From Octopus sinensis (Eukaryota), in the NCBI RefSeq assembly GCF_006345805.1, contig NC_042997.1, positions 181,598,001 through 181,662,000 of the forward strand: a stretch of 64,000 nt of DNA, given 5' to 3'. The notes beneath the pieces were generated by a model, which saw only the letters and a program-made list of their open reading frames with translations, was not told the DNA's origin and did not search any database. The translations under genes and the position numbers were made by a program. How positions within the stretch are numbered: position 1 is the first letter of the stretch; each line of letters starts with the position of its first letter. Shown piece by piece: positions 14,684 through 26,144 of the stretch.

Positions 14684-14732
14684 TCGCGGGACTGACTTAG
14701 TTTCGAGCTGGTTGGCTCATCTTCAGTCGCGA
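14684..14732 (-). ncRNA. Type-I hammerhead ribozyme motif
   Basis: UCGCGA-CUGAAGA-U-GAGC(caacca)GCUC-GAAA-CU(aaguc)AG-UC/CCGCGA; only the 1.1-2.1 pair is mismatched. Confidence 0.75.
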
Positions 14733-14936
14733 GTACCTGGTCGCCAGAGTGATAGCCAGGATCCGCTCCAGTCAGCAAAATATTGTAAACAAATCGAGCA
14801 CGGGTCACTGGTTTGCAACAAGCAAAATAGTTAGTTGTAGAATTTCAAAAAGAGTAACTATACTAACAAGTAAAGTTAATCGCCATATCAAAGTAGCTGT
14901 TCTATGTTACCGCTGGACGGGCCCTGCCTATCGCTC

Positions 14937-14985
14937 TGGCGACTGAGGACGAGCCAACTAGCACGAAACTAAGTCAGTCTCGCGA
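14937..14985 (+). ncRNA. Type-I hammerhead ribozyme motif (inverted partner)
   Basis: UGGCGA-CUGAGGA-C-GAGC(caacua)GCAC-GAAA-CU(aaguc)AG-UC/UCGCGA; one mismatch each in stems I and II. Confidence 0.7.
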
Positions 14986-15189
14986 TCCTGTTGTCTGCTA
15001 GAGGATGGTAGGGGTTCGCTCCCCCTGCTAGTTATATATATGTATATACAGGGTGCAGCGCTGCACCGATAACCTGCTGGTAGAAAATCTGCCTGGGGTT
15101 AAACTAGTAGTAACATGGAACAGCCAGTTTGATGTGGTGATTAACTTTACTTGTTAGTATAATTACTACTCTGATCTCTTCTTGAGATG

Positions 15190-15382
15190 TTACAACTGAC
15201 CGCTAAACCCACAAGTTTTTTTTTAATCTCTCTCTATTTATTTTTTCTTATTTCTTTCTTTTGAAGAACATAGGCTCGAAACGTAAAAGACTTTTTCACT
15301 TTCCCGAGCATCAATCTAATACACCTGCTTGTTGTTCATACACTTGTCTTCGTCTTTTATCTTCTACAAATTTCAACTATAT

Positions 15383-15385
<3 letters not shown>
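15190..15385 (+). mobile_element. Short pLTR-like repeat with a decayed hammerhead (15253-15290)
   Basis: UCUUU-CUUUUGA-A-GAAC(auag)GCUC-GAAACGUA-AAAGA; homologous to 3182-3368. Confidence 0.6.
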
Positions 15386-15462
<77 letters not shown>

Positions 15463-15466
<4 letters not shown>

Positions 15467-16702
15467 GCTGTTTCACATGAAATGTGACATTTTGAATTAC
15501 TTATTATTTTAGTCATTTAAAAACTCAATTATGTATACCTTACATTTAATCCCGATTCTTTTTCTTTCCCAACAATATTGGTATATAAAATTCTTACCCA
15601 CAGACCATATGAAAATGATAACAACCAAACTATGTTGAGTGATTTTCTCGTATGTGTACAAACTGGGTTACTCTGCCACAGAAGCTCTACGGAATATCAA
15701 GTGGGCCTTTGGTAATGATTTTGCTGACACCCGAACTGTTCAGAGATGGTTCCAAAGCTCCCATTCAGGAGATGATAGCCTTGAAAATAAACGAAGGGGT
15801 AGGCCAAGATCAATTATTCGGCATGATGGATTAAATGCTTTGGTTGAAGAAAATCCGAGAACAAAGATTCGAAAACTTTCATCAGAACTCCAAACATCTC
15901 GCACAACTCTTTTTGGACAACCGTAAAAAATTGGAAAACGGATAGGTTTGTTCCAAACCAACCGATTGGAATTAAAAAAGTACAGACACCTCGAAGTGTG
16001 CTCCTTATTGCTTTCTCGACTGTAAAAAGACCATTTTTGCATCAAATCCTTACTTGTGATGAGAAATGGATGCTCTTTGACAATAGCAGGAGAATAGGAC
16101 AGTGATTAGATGCAAGAGAGTCACCTAAATACTACCCAAACCCACCATTGCATCCTAAAAAGTTAGTGGTCACTGTATGGTGGTCTACGAAGTGAGTTAT
16201 TCATTATTCATTTTTGCAACAAGGAAAAACGGTAACAGCAATATCGTATTGCCAGGAAATTGATTGTATGCATGAGAATTTGAAAAAGAAGCAACTCAGA
16301 CTAGAGAATAGAGATGGCCCAATTTTGCTCCAGGAAAATGCACGTCCACACACACCTCAAGCTACGGTCCAAAAGTTGCAAAGCCTGAATTATGAGATTT
16401 TGCAACATTCTCCCTATTCCCCTGATATCTCTCCTTCTGATCATCACTTATTTAAGCATTTTGAGCTTTTCATAAGCAATAAAACATTGTTAAATAGAGA
16501 AGATGTAATTGAAGCATTCGGACAGTTTATTACAGCAAAAAATGAATTTTTTAAAGATGGAATATATGACATAGAGAAACGTTGGGTAAACGTCATAAAT
16601 AAACATGGATCATACTTTGATTAAATAAATCAGTTCTCTAACATTTCTGAAACATTTTATTGTTACCTTTCAAATACGACAATTTCATGTGAAACAACCG
16701 AA
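15463..16702 (+). mobile_element. Full-length mariner (D,D34D) element with disrupted transposase
   Basis: TIRs TTAGGCTGTTTCACATGAAAT / ATTTCATGTGAAACAACCGAA, TA on both sides, 1240 bp; QRWF..SGD.SLE..RGRP, TCDEKW, ENARPH...PYSPDISPSD; frameshifts and stops. Confidence 0.95.
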
Positions 16703-16984
16703 TATATATATCCAGATTGTACCTATAAATCGAAAGTTCAGTCTCATAAGTTTGCACGATGCTGATTTGACCTGGGAATTTCATTAAGGATACCCGTGTT
16801 GATGAAATATTTATCCACTTTCACGGTAAATACATGAGTAGGTAGTCTGACGGGTCATCAACTAACTTTTCATCGTTGCGGCCAATGAATAATCTCTCTC
16901 TTTCTTTCCATTCATCCACCCGTCCGTCCGTCCGTCCGTCCGTTTCTTTCTTTCTTTCTTCCTTTCTCTTTTTTTGTTTGTTCC

Positions 16985-17275
16985 TTCTCAAGCCATGCCT
17001 GGTTCATTAGGGTTTCATGCCTGGTTTCATTGGCGTATAGGTTCCCTACATGGACGGGACGCTGGTCCGTCACAGGTGAGCTGGAAGATTCAGGAGGAAA
17101 GAGTGAGAGAAAGTTGGGGCGAAAGAGTCAGCAGAAGTTCGCCATTACCTTCTGCCGGAGCCGCGTGGAGCTTAGGTATTTCGCTCATAAACACAGACAT
17201 CGCCCGGTTTGAGATTCGAACCCGCGACCCTTCGACCGCGAGTCCAATGCTCTAACCACTCGGCTATGTGCCTCC
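16985..17275 (-). mobile_element. tRNA-derived SINE
   Basis: Minus-strand head ggcacatagccgagtggttagagcattggactcgcggtcgaagggtcgcgggttcgaatc. Confidence 0.8.
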
Positions 17276-17355
17276 ACTATCTTTCTCTTACATCACGCTA
17301 GTTTTCATCTTCTGTTTGCCAGTTACTGGCTCTTTCAAACCATCTTATGATCAAT

Positions 17356-17398
<43 letters not shown>

Positions 17399-18724
17399 CA
17401 CCTGCACACACACAATCACGTGCGCGCAAATCAACACCACCCACCCCAACCCACCACTACACGCAAACAGTAATGAGCAGCAACAAGACCGATTACCAAA
17501 CATGTCCTGTTCACAAGATGTCACAGAAGCCTAATAATTATCACATAATTTAAAGCTCTTACAGCAGAGCTTGGTGACGTATCTTCGGTCTCTTTGTGAT
17601 ACGGCACTTGTCATGTGTCTGTGTGAGCATTTGACATGTGTGTGCGCGTGTGAATGTGTGTGACTGCATTTTTATATGTATGTGTGTGTGTGTGCGTGTG
17701 TGTGCACTCACCTATCGTTATTTGTAACTGTGTGCTTGTGTTTATGTGTGTAAGTCTTCTTGTAGCCGTTTGCGTGAGTGTATGTGTTTACGTATTCGCA
17801 TCTGCCGGTGTGTATGTGTGTGTATATGTGTGATTGCGTGTATGTGAGTGTTTTAGAATGTGTATTTGTGTAAATCTGTGTGAGTATTTGTATCTGCACT
17901 TATGCGTGTTTATTTGTGTGTTTGTGTGTGTATGTGTATGTGTGTGTGCATGTGTGTGTAAATACATGAGTATATGTATATGAGTATGTAAACACATTTA
18001 CATATACTCATGCGTTTGTAGGTGTGTATGTGTATATGTATTTATAATTAAATGTGTTAATATGTCTGTCGAAAAATGAAAATAAACCTTCATCTTTATC
18101 GCTTCGAATATGGTGGCAGCTGTCCAATGGAAACGACTGGTGCAGATGTCAACACACCATCATCTTAAGTCGGAAGCTATGACGAAGGGCAGACATTTTG
18201 AATAATCTTTTACGGCCTGGACAAATACCAATTCAGACGGTATTGCGAGGTCTGGGAGGGGGTCCCTTTAACGAATCTCCGACATTCCCTGTACAAGCTC
18301 AGTTGTTTTGATTTCATTTTGCCACTGAGCATGTTTTGTGAGAACGGGAGTGTCTAATGTGCATGCTGCTCTTTCTCATCTTAATAAAAAAAAACAAAAA
18401 ACTTGCATTAGCCAAGCATCTGTGTTTAACGAGTAAGACAGCGTGACACAGACTTCTAGCACCTGCACATCTGCAACGTAGAAAATATCACCATTTCTGT
18501 AGTTTCTCTCCCTGCCTATTTACGTATATCGTATTTTTTTTTTTTTATTGTTCAATGTTGACTGAAACTTCTTGGAGTTACAGATGGCAGAACTCTTCTT
18601 GCTGAAGTTTGGAGTGGGGAAGATATCACCTATTTGCGACAATAACAAACCGCCATTTCCACAGCTTCAGTCTCAGTGGAAAGTATAGTATAGTTGAGTA
18701 GTGTTGTGGTTCATTAGACCCCTT

Positions 18725-19010
18725 AAATAATGCCTCTCCTATTCAGCGCAGTATGATTGACGCGGAGTAGACGAAACGGAGGCGGCAGAAGAAGGGGAAT
18801 TTTCCTTGTGTTGCATATCTTGTACCCTGTTTTTTCGTTGTTTAAAAAAAAAAATGTCCGTTTCCATGGTTCTGTTTTTATGTTTTCGTTACTCATTGTG
18901 TTCGACGTTTCTTTTTGTGTCCTGTAACTATATATGCATGTATATATACATATAGATGTAGGTACGTACATATATGTATGTATATATGCATGTTTTATTT
19001 ATTATTTTGT
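18725..19010 (+). repeat. Unclassified dispersed repeat (pLTR-like), second copy at 47180-47470 on the minus strand
   Basis: Shared agtagaYgaaac..gcgRcWgaagaagggga, gtgttcgacgt..gtgtcctgta and gtaggtacgtacatatatgt. Confidence 0.65.
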
Positions 19011-19018
19011 TTTATATA

Positions 19019-19054
<36 letters not shown>

Positions 19055-19867
19055 TGTATGTATGTATGTATGTATGTATAGGAGCAATGGAGGTACACGG
19101 TTGACAACTCCCTTTAAGATGAAACTGTGCAGTCCAGCGTTCGAGCTTTACTTCGCTCATGGGATTATCTACCCTGTCAGTACCTCCAACTTTTATATCC
19201 AGATTATAAATTCACATTCATACACTGTCAAGCCAGAAAGAAAAATGGCGCGATCAGGTTCAAACTTCGATCACGTGACCACGATAGTACCAACTATAAG
19301 CACGTATGCGCAGAAAGCTGTGTCACAATAATAGAGATATGTTGTGGCGAAAGTGTGGATAATTTTTGACTTCCCCTCGTATATATATATATATATATAT
19401 AACACATATATACATACATGCACACGTGTGTGTGTATGTGTGTGTATTCATGTATATGGACGTGTTTATATATATTTAATCCTTTAGTGAAGCACTGCTA
19501 TCGTGGAAGGGAATCTGGCGTTAGACAATCAGAAACAAGATGCTACTTTGTCCGAATATGCCTTCGCCAGTCACTTACAAGGTGTAATACATACTACTGT
19601 GACAGCCTTCGTACATAGGGGAAGGGATCAGCCAATAAGTACATGGATATTTACTTGTTTTCTCGTCATTTAGGAGTATAGTTGGCATTCGCGATCCCAC
19701 TGGTAGAGTAGGTGCACATGGTTTCGTGTGTATGTATATATGTATTATGAATGTGCATGAATGTATGTCCGCGTATATATAAATATATATATATTTATAT
19801 TTATATATACTTACACATACACAGACAGACATACACACACACACATATATGCGTGTATATATATGTG

Positions 19868-20066
19868 TACCGTTGGCGATTTTTTCCTCCGTCTTCCCTT
19901 CTTTGGATCTTTCCTTTTCCTATGTTTCTGACGAAGAGCTCCGCTGGAAACGTTAAACCCTCCTTCTTTCTTTCCTTCCTTCCTGAGCGTCCAATAATAC
20001 TAGATTTGTTCCACGTCCTCGCGTTGTTGTGTTTTCTCTTTGTGTTTTCATGTTTGGATTAACTAT
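19868..20066 (+). mobile_element. Short pLTR-like repeat with a hammerhead motif at 19924-19958
   Basis: GUUU-CUGACGA-A-GAGC(ucc)GCUG-GAAACGUU-AAAC; downstream cctgagcgt..aata shared with the 3.2/15.2/61.1 kb copies. Confidence 0.7.
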
Positions 20067-20302
20067 ATATATAATAGAAATATTAAAATAACTAAGTCTC
20101 TCTAAAAGAGAACAGCGGCAGCGTTCCCGGAAAATAATAGTTATCGCCATACTAATATGGCATTCTTATAAAAATAAGAAAAAAGCTGTCCGCTTATTAG
20201 CTCCATGAGGCCATCGCCTTAAGTTAGCTATTTGATACACAAACTGTATTCATATAACCTTCGAACAAGGGAGGTCAGTCGCTCCACACTACTTGACCGG
20301 CA

Positions 20303-20344
20303 GCTACAGACGCGTTTCGGGGTATTGCCCCTTTTCAATGCAGC
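20303..20344 (-). ncRNA. Type-I hammerhead motif with U3-A8 core (mirror copy)
   Basis: Exact reverse complement of 20432-20473. Confidence 0.75.
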
Positions 20345-20431
20345 GTAGCCAGCCAGTAGGTGTCGCTTCCGACAATCTCTGTTCGATGATCGAACAGAGA
20401 TTGTCGGAAGCGACACCTACTGGCTGGCTAC

Positions 20432-20473
20432 GCTGCATTGAAAAGGGGCAATACCCCGAAACGCGTCTGTAGC
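20432..20473 (+). ncRNA. Type-I hammerhead motif with U3-A8 compensatory core
   Basis: GCUGCA-UUGAAAA-GGGG(caaua)CCCC-GAAACGCGUC/UGUAGC: 6-bp stem I, 4-bp stem II, palindromic stem III ACGCGU, GUC site. Confidence 0.75.
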
Positions 20474-20636
20474 TGCCGGTCAAGTAGTGTGGAGCGACTG
20501 ACCTCCCTTGTTCGAAGGTTATATGAATACAGTTTGTGTATCAAATAGCTAACTTAAGGCGATGGCCTCATGGAGCTAATAAGCGGACAGCTTTTTTCTT
20601 ATTTTTATAAGAATGCCATATTAGTATGGCGATAAC

Positions 20637-20670
<34 letters not shown>

Positions 20671-20805
20671 CAGTAAATGGAGAAATACTGATGAACAACA
20701 ATTGACTTACATCATAGGTAATATACCGGTAGTATAATGGATACTTCTATCCCTTCGACGGTTATTTTAACCTCTAAATCAGCTAACCTGATATATATAT
20801 ATATA

Positions 20806-21312
20806 ACTAGCAGTATCGCCCGGCGTTGCTCGGGTTTGTAAGGGAAATAACTATATAAGCATTTTTAGAGAGTTACTTCCTTTATAGATGCCAATTCGGG
20901 CTTTCTTAGCCATTTCTGTTTTGGTGTCTTCAAGCCATGAAGTCGTTGTTCTAAAAGAACGCTGGTCTCCTTGACAACGCATTACGACGTTGATTTCCTT
21001 AAACTCCCTTCCCCACAGCTTCACGAGGGAGGGAAGAAGGGGGAGAAGCAAACACAGGTGCAGGTGTGACCGTGGACGCCAACTCCGCCGCCATCGACAC
21101 ACAAAAAATTATGCATTAAAATGGAATAAAAAATGATGTTAAATTATTTTAAAAATCGTAGACTCATCGTTGACGCGCGCTAATAGCCAGACAGGCTCGA
21201 TATTAATCACGACTATAAGATACCCGAATTTCGTTAAACTCCTGTGGGAGGAGTTAGGAATCTAAATCGTAGGAGACAGACACTCACACAACTACAGTTT
21301 TATATATATAGA
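20806..21312 (+). mobile_element. Helentron/HINE-like non-autonomous element
   Basis: Same 5' hairpin and 3' end as 9037-9428, different interior. Confidence 0.7.
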
Positions 21313-22057
21313 TATACAGATATGGAAATTATGTATTCTCAAGCGCAGAATAATGTTGAACAACATGCATAGGATAGGTCATCGTTATATTGCAGAAAAA
21401 TATATATGTATGTATGCATGTGTGTGTGCTCTTTTACATCATCTATATGAGTAATAATCAATTTGTGTACTTCATCACGTGATTCTTCTCTTCTGTATTA
21501 GAAGAAGAAAAGTAACAGCCCTATATAATTTCTGTAATGCTACAAGAAGTAACTGTCGTAAGAAAAGGTGGGAGTGGGGGAAGAAAAGAAAAGGAAACGG
21601 ATAGTTTGGTTAATTTATTTTAAAAAAGTCTTATCAATATTACGAAGGTTTTAGCTGGGAAAACAACGTATCGTTACAATATTAAATTAATACTTTTTGG
21701 CTTTCAGCAAATGTCCCCGAAGATATATTGGAATATTTATTGCAACTAACGTTTCGACTTAATGATCTGTATCACCATTTTTATAAAAGAAAACAAGAAC
21801 AAGAACAACAACAACATCAGCACCGCCAATGATAGCAGTAATAGTTTATTCACTAGATCCTGCGGCAAATTACATATCTTCAGATCGGGTTGTTTACAAG
21901 CGAATGAGCGCCAAGTTTCCAGAATTGTCTCTTCGCAAATTATTTTCAAGTATTGTTTAGAATTGTCACTGAAAGTATTGTTTACAAATAGACCCATATA
22001 CATTTCTAGGGATTGTTTACAATTTTTTCCATATAAGTTTTATATTTTTTTTACTCA

Positions 22058-22410
22058 GGAGTGGCTGTGTGGTAAGTAGCTTGCTAACCAACCACATGGT
22101 CCCATGTTCAGTCCCACTGCGTGGCATCTTGGGCTATAGTGTCTTCTGCTATAGCCTCGGGCCGACCAAAGCCTTGTGAGTGGATTTGGTAGACGGAAAC
22201 TGAAAGAAGCCCGTCCCTCTAGCATCGTTTGACAACCGATGCTGGTGTGTTTACGTCCCCGTCACTTAGCGGTTCGGCAAAAGAGACCGATAGAATAAGT
22301 ACTGGGCTTACAAAGAATAAGTCCCGGGGTTGATTTGCTCGACTAAAGGCGGTGCTCCAGCATGGCCGCAGTCAAATGACTGAAACAAGTAAAAGAGAGT
22401 AAAAGAGAGA
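22058..22410 (+). mobile_element. tRNA-derived SINE family B without the internal microsatellite
   Basis: Complete head-to-tail match to family B; tail agtaaaagagagtaaaagag. Confidence 0.9.
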
Positions 22411-23827
22411 TATCACTGTAGAGTATTATTTGCAAACAGCGTTTTTGTTTATTATTTACACTTAATATCATAATTATTTTAGTGTATGTGTACAACTGAC
22501 AGCGTGAGTGTTATTCACAAGCAGCGCCATAGCTTTTTAGAGTAATTAGAATATTGTTTTTAATTAGCTCTTTAGAGCATAGTTTACAATAGATCTTGTT
22601 AACAATGGGCACCTTAGTGTTTATAATTAACAACACGATTTATTTTTCTTACCGTTTTTTTTTTTTACAATTTGCACCATATTTCATTTTGTACTTGATT
22701 TTCAAATACATATATTGTTAAATGCTATTAATATGGATTTCTAGAATGACGGGTGTAAACTTAGTATAACAGACTAAATTGACGGAAATACTCTCGGCTT
22801 TTTATGTTATCAGTCAAAGAATAAAAGAGCAAATAATTTGTCGTGTGATTTGAAATCATAAGGTAAAGGAAATTAACTTAAGTAATGTAAATACTATTTA
22901 ACAACGAAACTTAAAACGTCTACAATTTTCGTTTTTCTGTTCCCTTAATAATTAGAATTCAGAACGTAAAGATACGTACCCAAATAATGCATATAATGCT
23001 GTTTGATATCCAACTGATTTTTCCATCAACTGGTTTTGAATATCACAATATAGATTTCTAATCTTGGAGTAATGCTACGAATTTGGAGAGATGGGTGTGC
23101 CGTTTGAGAATTAAATCGACTGCAGTGCTTGAATGATACTTATTTTATCGAATCTGCGAGATGAAAGGCAAAACTGGCGGCGAAGAAGTTCTGTCTCACA
23201 GCACAATGATTAAAGAAACAATAAATGCACAAATAAATACATAAATAAATACGTAAATAAAAACGCCTTTTGTCTGGCATTATATCATTTCTGTCATTTG
23301 CCACGCTCATAGTATCAATTATATAATAAAGGAAGTGGATTGGCAAAATCATTAAGATATCGGTGGCTTTCTTTTAATGATTGAAATCGATTTATATAAT
23401 AAAGATATAAAATATGCAGTCAGTACTGCTTCTCCTAAGCAGAAATAACGTATCCTTTCCTTACGTTTATGTTTTTAGGGTTTTCTAAAGGTTGTTTTTA
23501 GGGTTTTCTAAAGGTTGTTTTTAGGTTTATGTGATGTTTCACCAGCAATTTGTTATATAACTGTTTTTGTTCTTGTCATGATGTTTGTCCTCAGGTAATC
23601 CTGATTTAACCGATTTTTGATCAAAACGTTTCTAGCTTGATAACCTCATCTTTCTAAGGCGCACGATTTTTATTTTAAGGAGACATAGCTATGATATCTA
23701 GCAGACCCAGTGACCACATAAAGGGCCTCTATTTGGTTCTGACTCAAAGACAAAGTTGGCAAATGGAAAGCTGAAAGAATGAACGAGAGAAATTTCTTGC
23801 AGTTTAGATCAGCTGTAATTGGCACAC

Positions 23828-24012
23828 CTATTCTTTTACTTGTTTCAGTCACGTGACTGTGGCCATGCTGGAGCACCGCCTTTAGTCGAGCAAATTACCA
23901 GGACTTATTCTTTGTAAGCATAGTACTTATTCTATCGGTCTCTTTTGCCGAACCGCTAAATTACGGGGACGTAAACACACCAGCATCGGTTGTCAAGCGA
24001 TGTTGGGGGGGA

Positions 24013-24080
<68 letters not shown>

Positions 24081-24260
24081 CATATACATATACATATATA
24101 CGGCGGGTTTCTTTCAGTTTCCATCTACCAAATCCACTCACAAGGTTTTGGTCGGCCCAAGGCTATAGTAGAAGACACTTGCCCAAGGTGCCACGCAGTG
24201 GGACTGAACCCGGAACCATGTGGCTGGTAAGCAAGCTACTTACCACACAGCCACTCCTTC
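23828..24260 (-). mobile_element. tRNA-derived SINE family B, full length
   Basis: Same modules as 5530-5975. Confidence 0.9.
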
Positions 24261-24747
24261 GTCTATTAAAAGTATTTCCAGTCTTGACGATCTTATCTAT
24301 CGGTGGTTAATGATGTGTCTATGATTTACAATAATCACTAGGCTGAGTTTCGAGGAATATTTGGCTGCTGTTTCTCGCAGTTCAAATAACCAAGTAGAGA
24401 CTTATTCGTTGGCTTGCGGAAATTGAAGACAGATATATTTGCAGTATTTTAGAACAGCGGGCAAGATGACATTCCTTTATGTCTTGAGTTCAAAACCTGC
24501 CGAGAGCAAGTTTATTGTTTATTCTTCTGCCGGTCTTGATAAATAAAATACAAGGATCGATTCAGTTGACAACACTCCTCTCTAAAATTTGTAGTATTGT
24601 TCCAATGGTAGAAATAACTTAATTGCTACATTTTAAAATGAAAACTAAATTGTGTAAATGGAAGAGTAAATAAAGGGAACAACGAACAATGATAAACTTC
24701 CTATATTTCAGCATATTTCAAACGTGCGCAAGGGATCTCTCTTTCTT

Positions 24748-24998
24748 TTGGGTTGGTGCATAATTATTGCGGCTTTTTTTCAACAAATTTTATTCAACAA
24801 AAACAATAACAACATGTAATAAAAACATCTTTAAATGATTATTCCGAGGCACATTTACCATCTGCTACAATTACTGCTTCTTATTTGCTTGGCGGACGGT
24901 GAGACCGTCACTTAAAAATGGTTTTGTTAAATATTGTTATTGTTTTTGTTGAATAAAATTTGCTGCAAAAAAGCCGCAATAATTATACACCAACCCAA
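24748..24998. mobile_element. Mariner-derived MITE
   Basis: ~65-bp TIRs TTGGGTTGGTGCATAATTATTGCGGCTTTTTT / AAAAAAGCCGCAATAATTATACACCAACCCAA; TA on the right side only. Confidence 0.85.
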
Positions 24999-25134
24999 TA
25001 TATTTCCATCACATTGACTACATTGTTATCACCGCCGACACTGTCATCTCATGCATCGGCGAAGAATCGAACCCGAGCTAACACTAACTGACAAGCACCT
25101 TACTACTCACCCATCAATATCGTACAATGACATA

Positions 25135-25423
25135 AGGCGGCGAGCTGGCAGAATCGTTAGCACGCCGGGCGAAATGCTTTGCGGTATTTCGTTTGCTGCT
25201 ACGTTCTGAGTTCAAATTCCGCCGAGGTCGACTTTGCCTTTCATCCTGTCTGGGTCGATAAATAAAGTACCAGTTACGCACTGGGGTCGATGTAATCGGC
25301 TTAATCCCTTTGTCTGTCCTTGTTTGTCCCCTCTATGTTTAGCCCCTTGAGGGCAATAAAGAAATAAGAATCATTAGGATAAATATAGTAATAATAATAA
25401 TAACAATAATAATAATAATAATA

Positions 25424-25459
<36 letters not shown>

Positions 25460-26090
25460 CCTTCCTACTATAGGCACAAGACCTGAAATTTGCGGGGAGG
25501 GGTATAGTCGATTACATCGACCCCAGTGTTTCACTGGTGCTTAATTTACCGACCCCGAAAGGATGAAAGGCAAAGTCGATTCTGCGGTATTTGAACTCAG
25601 AACGAGCGGTAGACGAAATATCGCGCTAAATATTTCGCCTGGCGTGCTAACAATTCTGCCAGCTCGCCGCTTAGTAATAAGGATAATCCTCACTACTATA
25701 GGCACAAGGCCTGAAATTTTTGGGGATGGACTAAGTCGGTTACATCGACGCCCCTAGCACTCAACTGGTATTCAATTTATCAACCCCGAGAGGATAAACG
25801 GCAAAATCGACCTCGGCGGAACTTGAACTCAGAACATAGCAACGGGAGAAATACCTATTTCTTTACTACCCACAAGGGGCTAATCACAGAGGGGACAAAC
25901 AAAGACAGACAAACCGATTAAGTCGTTTACATCGACCCCAGTGCGTAACTGGTACTTAATTTATCGACCCCGAAAGAATGAAAGGCAAAGTCGACCTCGG
26001 CAGAATTTGAACTCAGAACGTAACGGCAGACGAAATACAGCTACGAATTTCGCCCGGCGTGCTAGCGTTTCTGCCAGCTCGCCGCCTTGC
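25135..26090. mobile_element. Cluster of family A SINEs: one plus-strand copy followed by several minus-strand copies
   Basis: ggcggcgagctggcagaatcgttagcacgcc head at 25135 (+); reverse heads ending near 25670 and 26088. Confidence 0.85.

Positions 26091-26139
<49 letters not shown>

Positions 26140-26144
<5 letters not shown>

Larger units (their letters stand above)
14519..15178. repeat. Imperfect fold-back (~260-bp arms) of a pLTR-like sequence with a hammerhead in each arm
   Basis: 14519-~14775 is the reverse complement of ~14911-15150; an extra copy of the arm end lies at 14851-14910. Confidence 0.9.
20134..20642. repeat. Perfect palindrome: 254-bp arms, 1-nt spacer (G20388)
   Basis: Arms compared base by base; no mismatch found. 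Confidence 0.97.

Noticed and set aside
17350-18040. CA-rich tract facing a TG-rich tract
   Set aside because: Complementarity comes from low-complexity repeats only; no unique-sequence arms confirmed.
21746-21780. Minus-strand GUGAUAC-A-GAUC(auuaa)GUC-GAAACGUU
   Set aside because: Core differs at three positions and stem I does not pair; too degraded to call a hammerhead.
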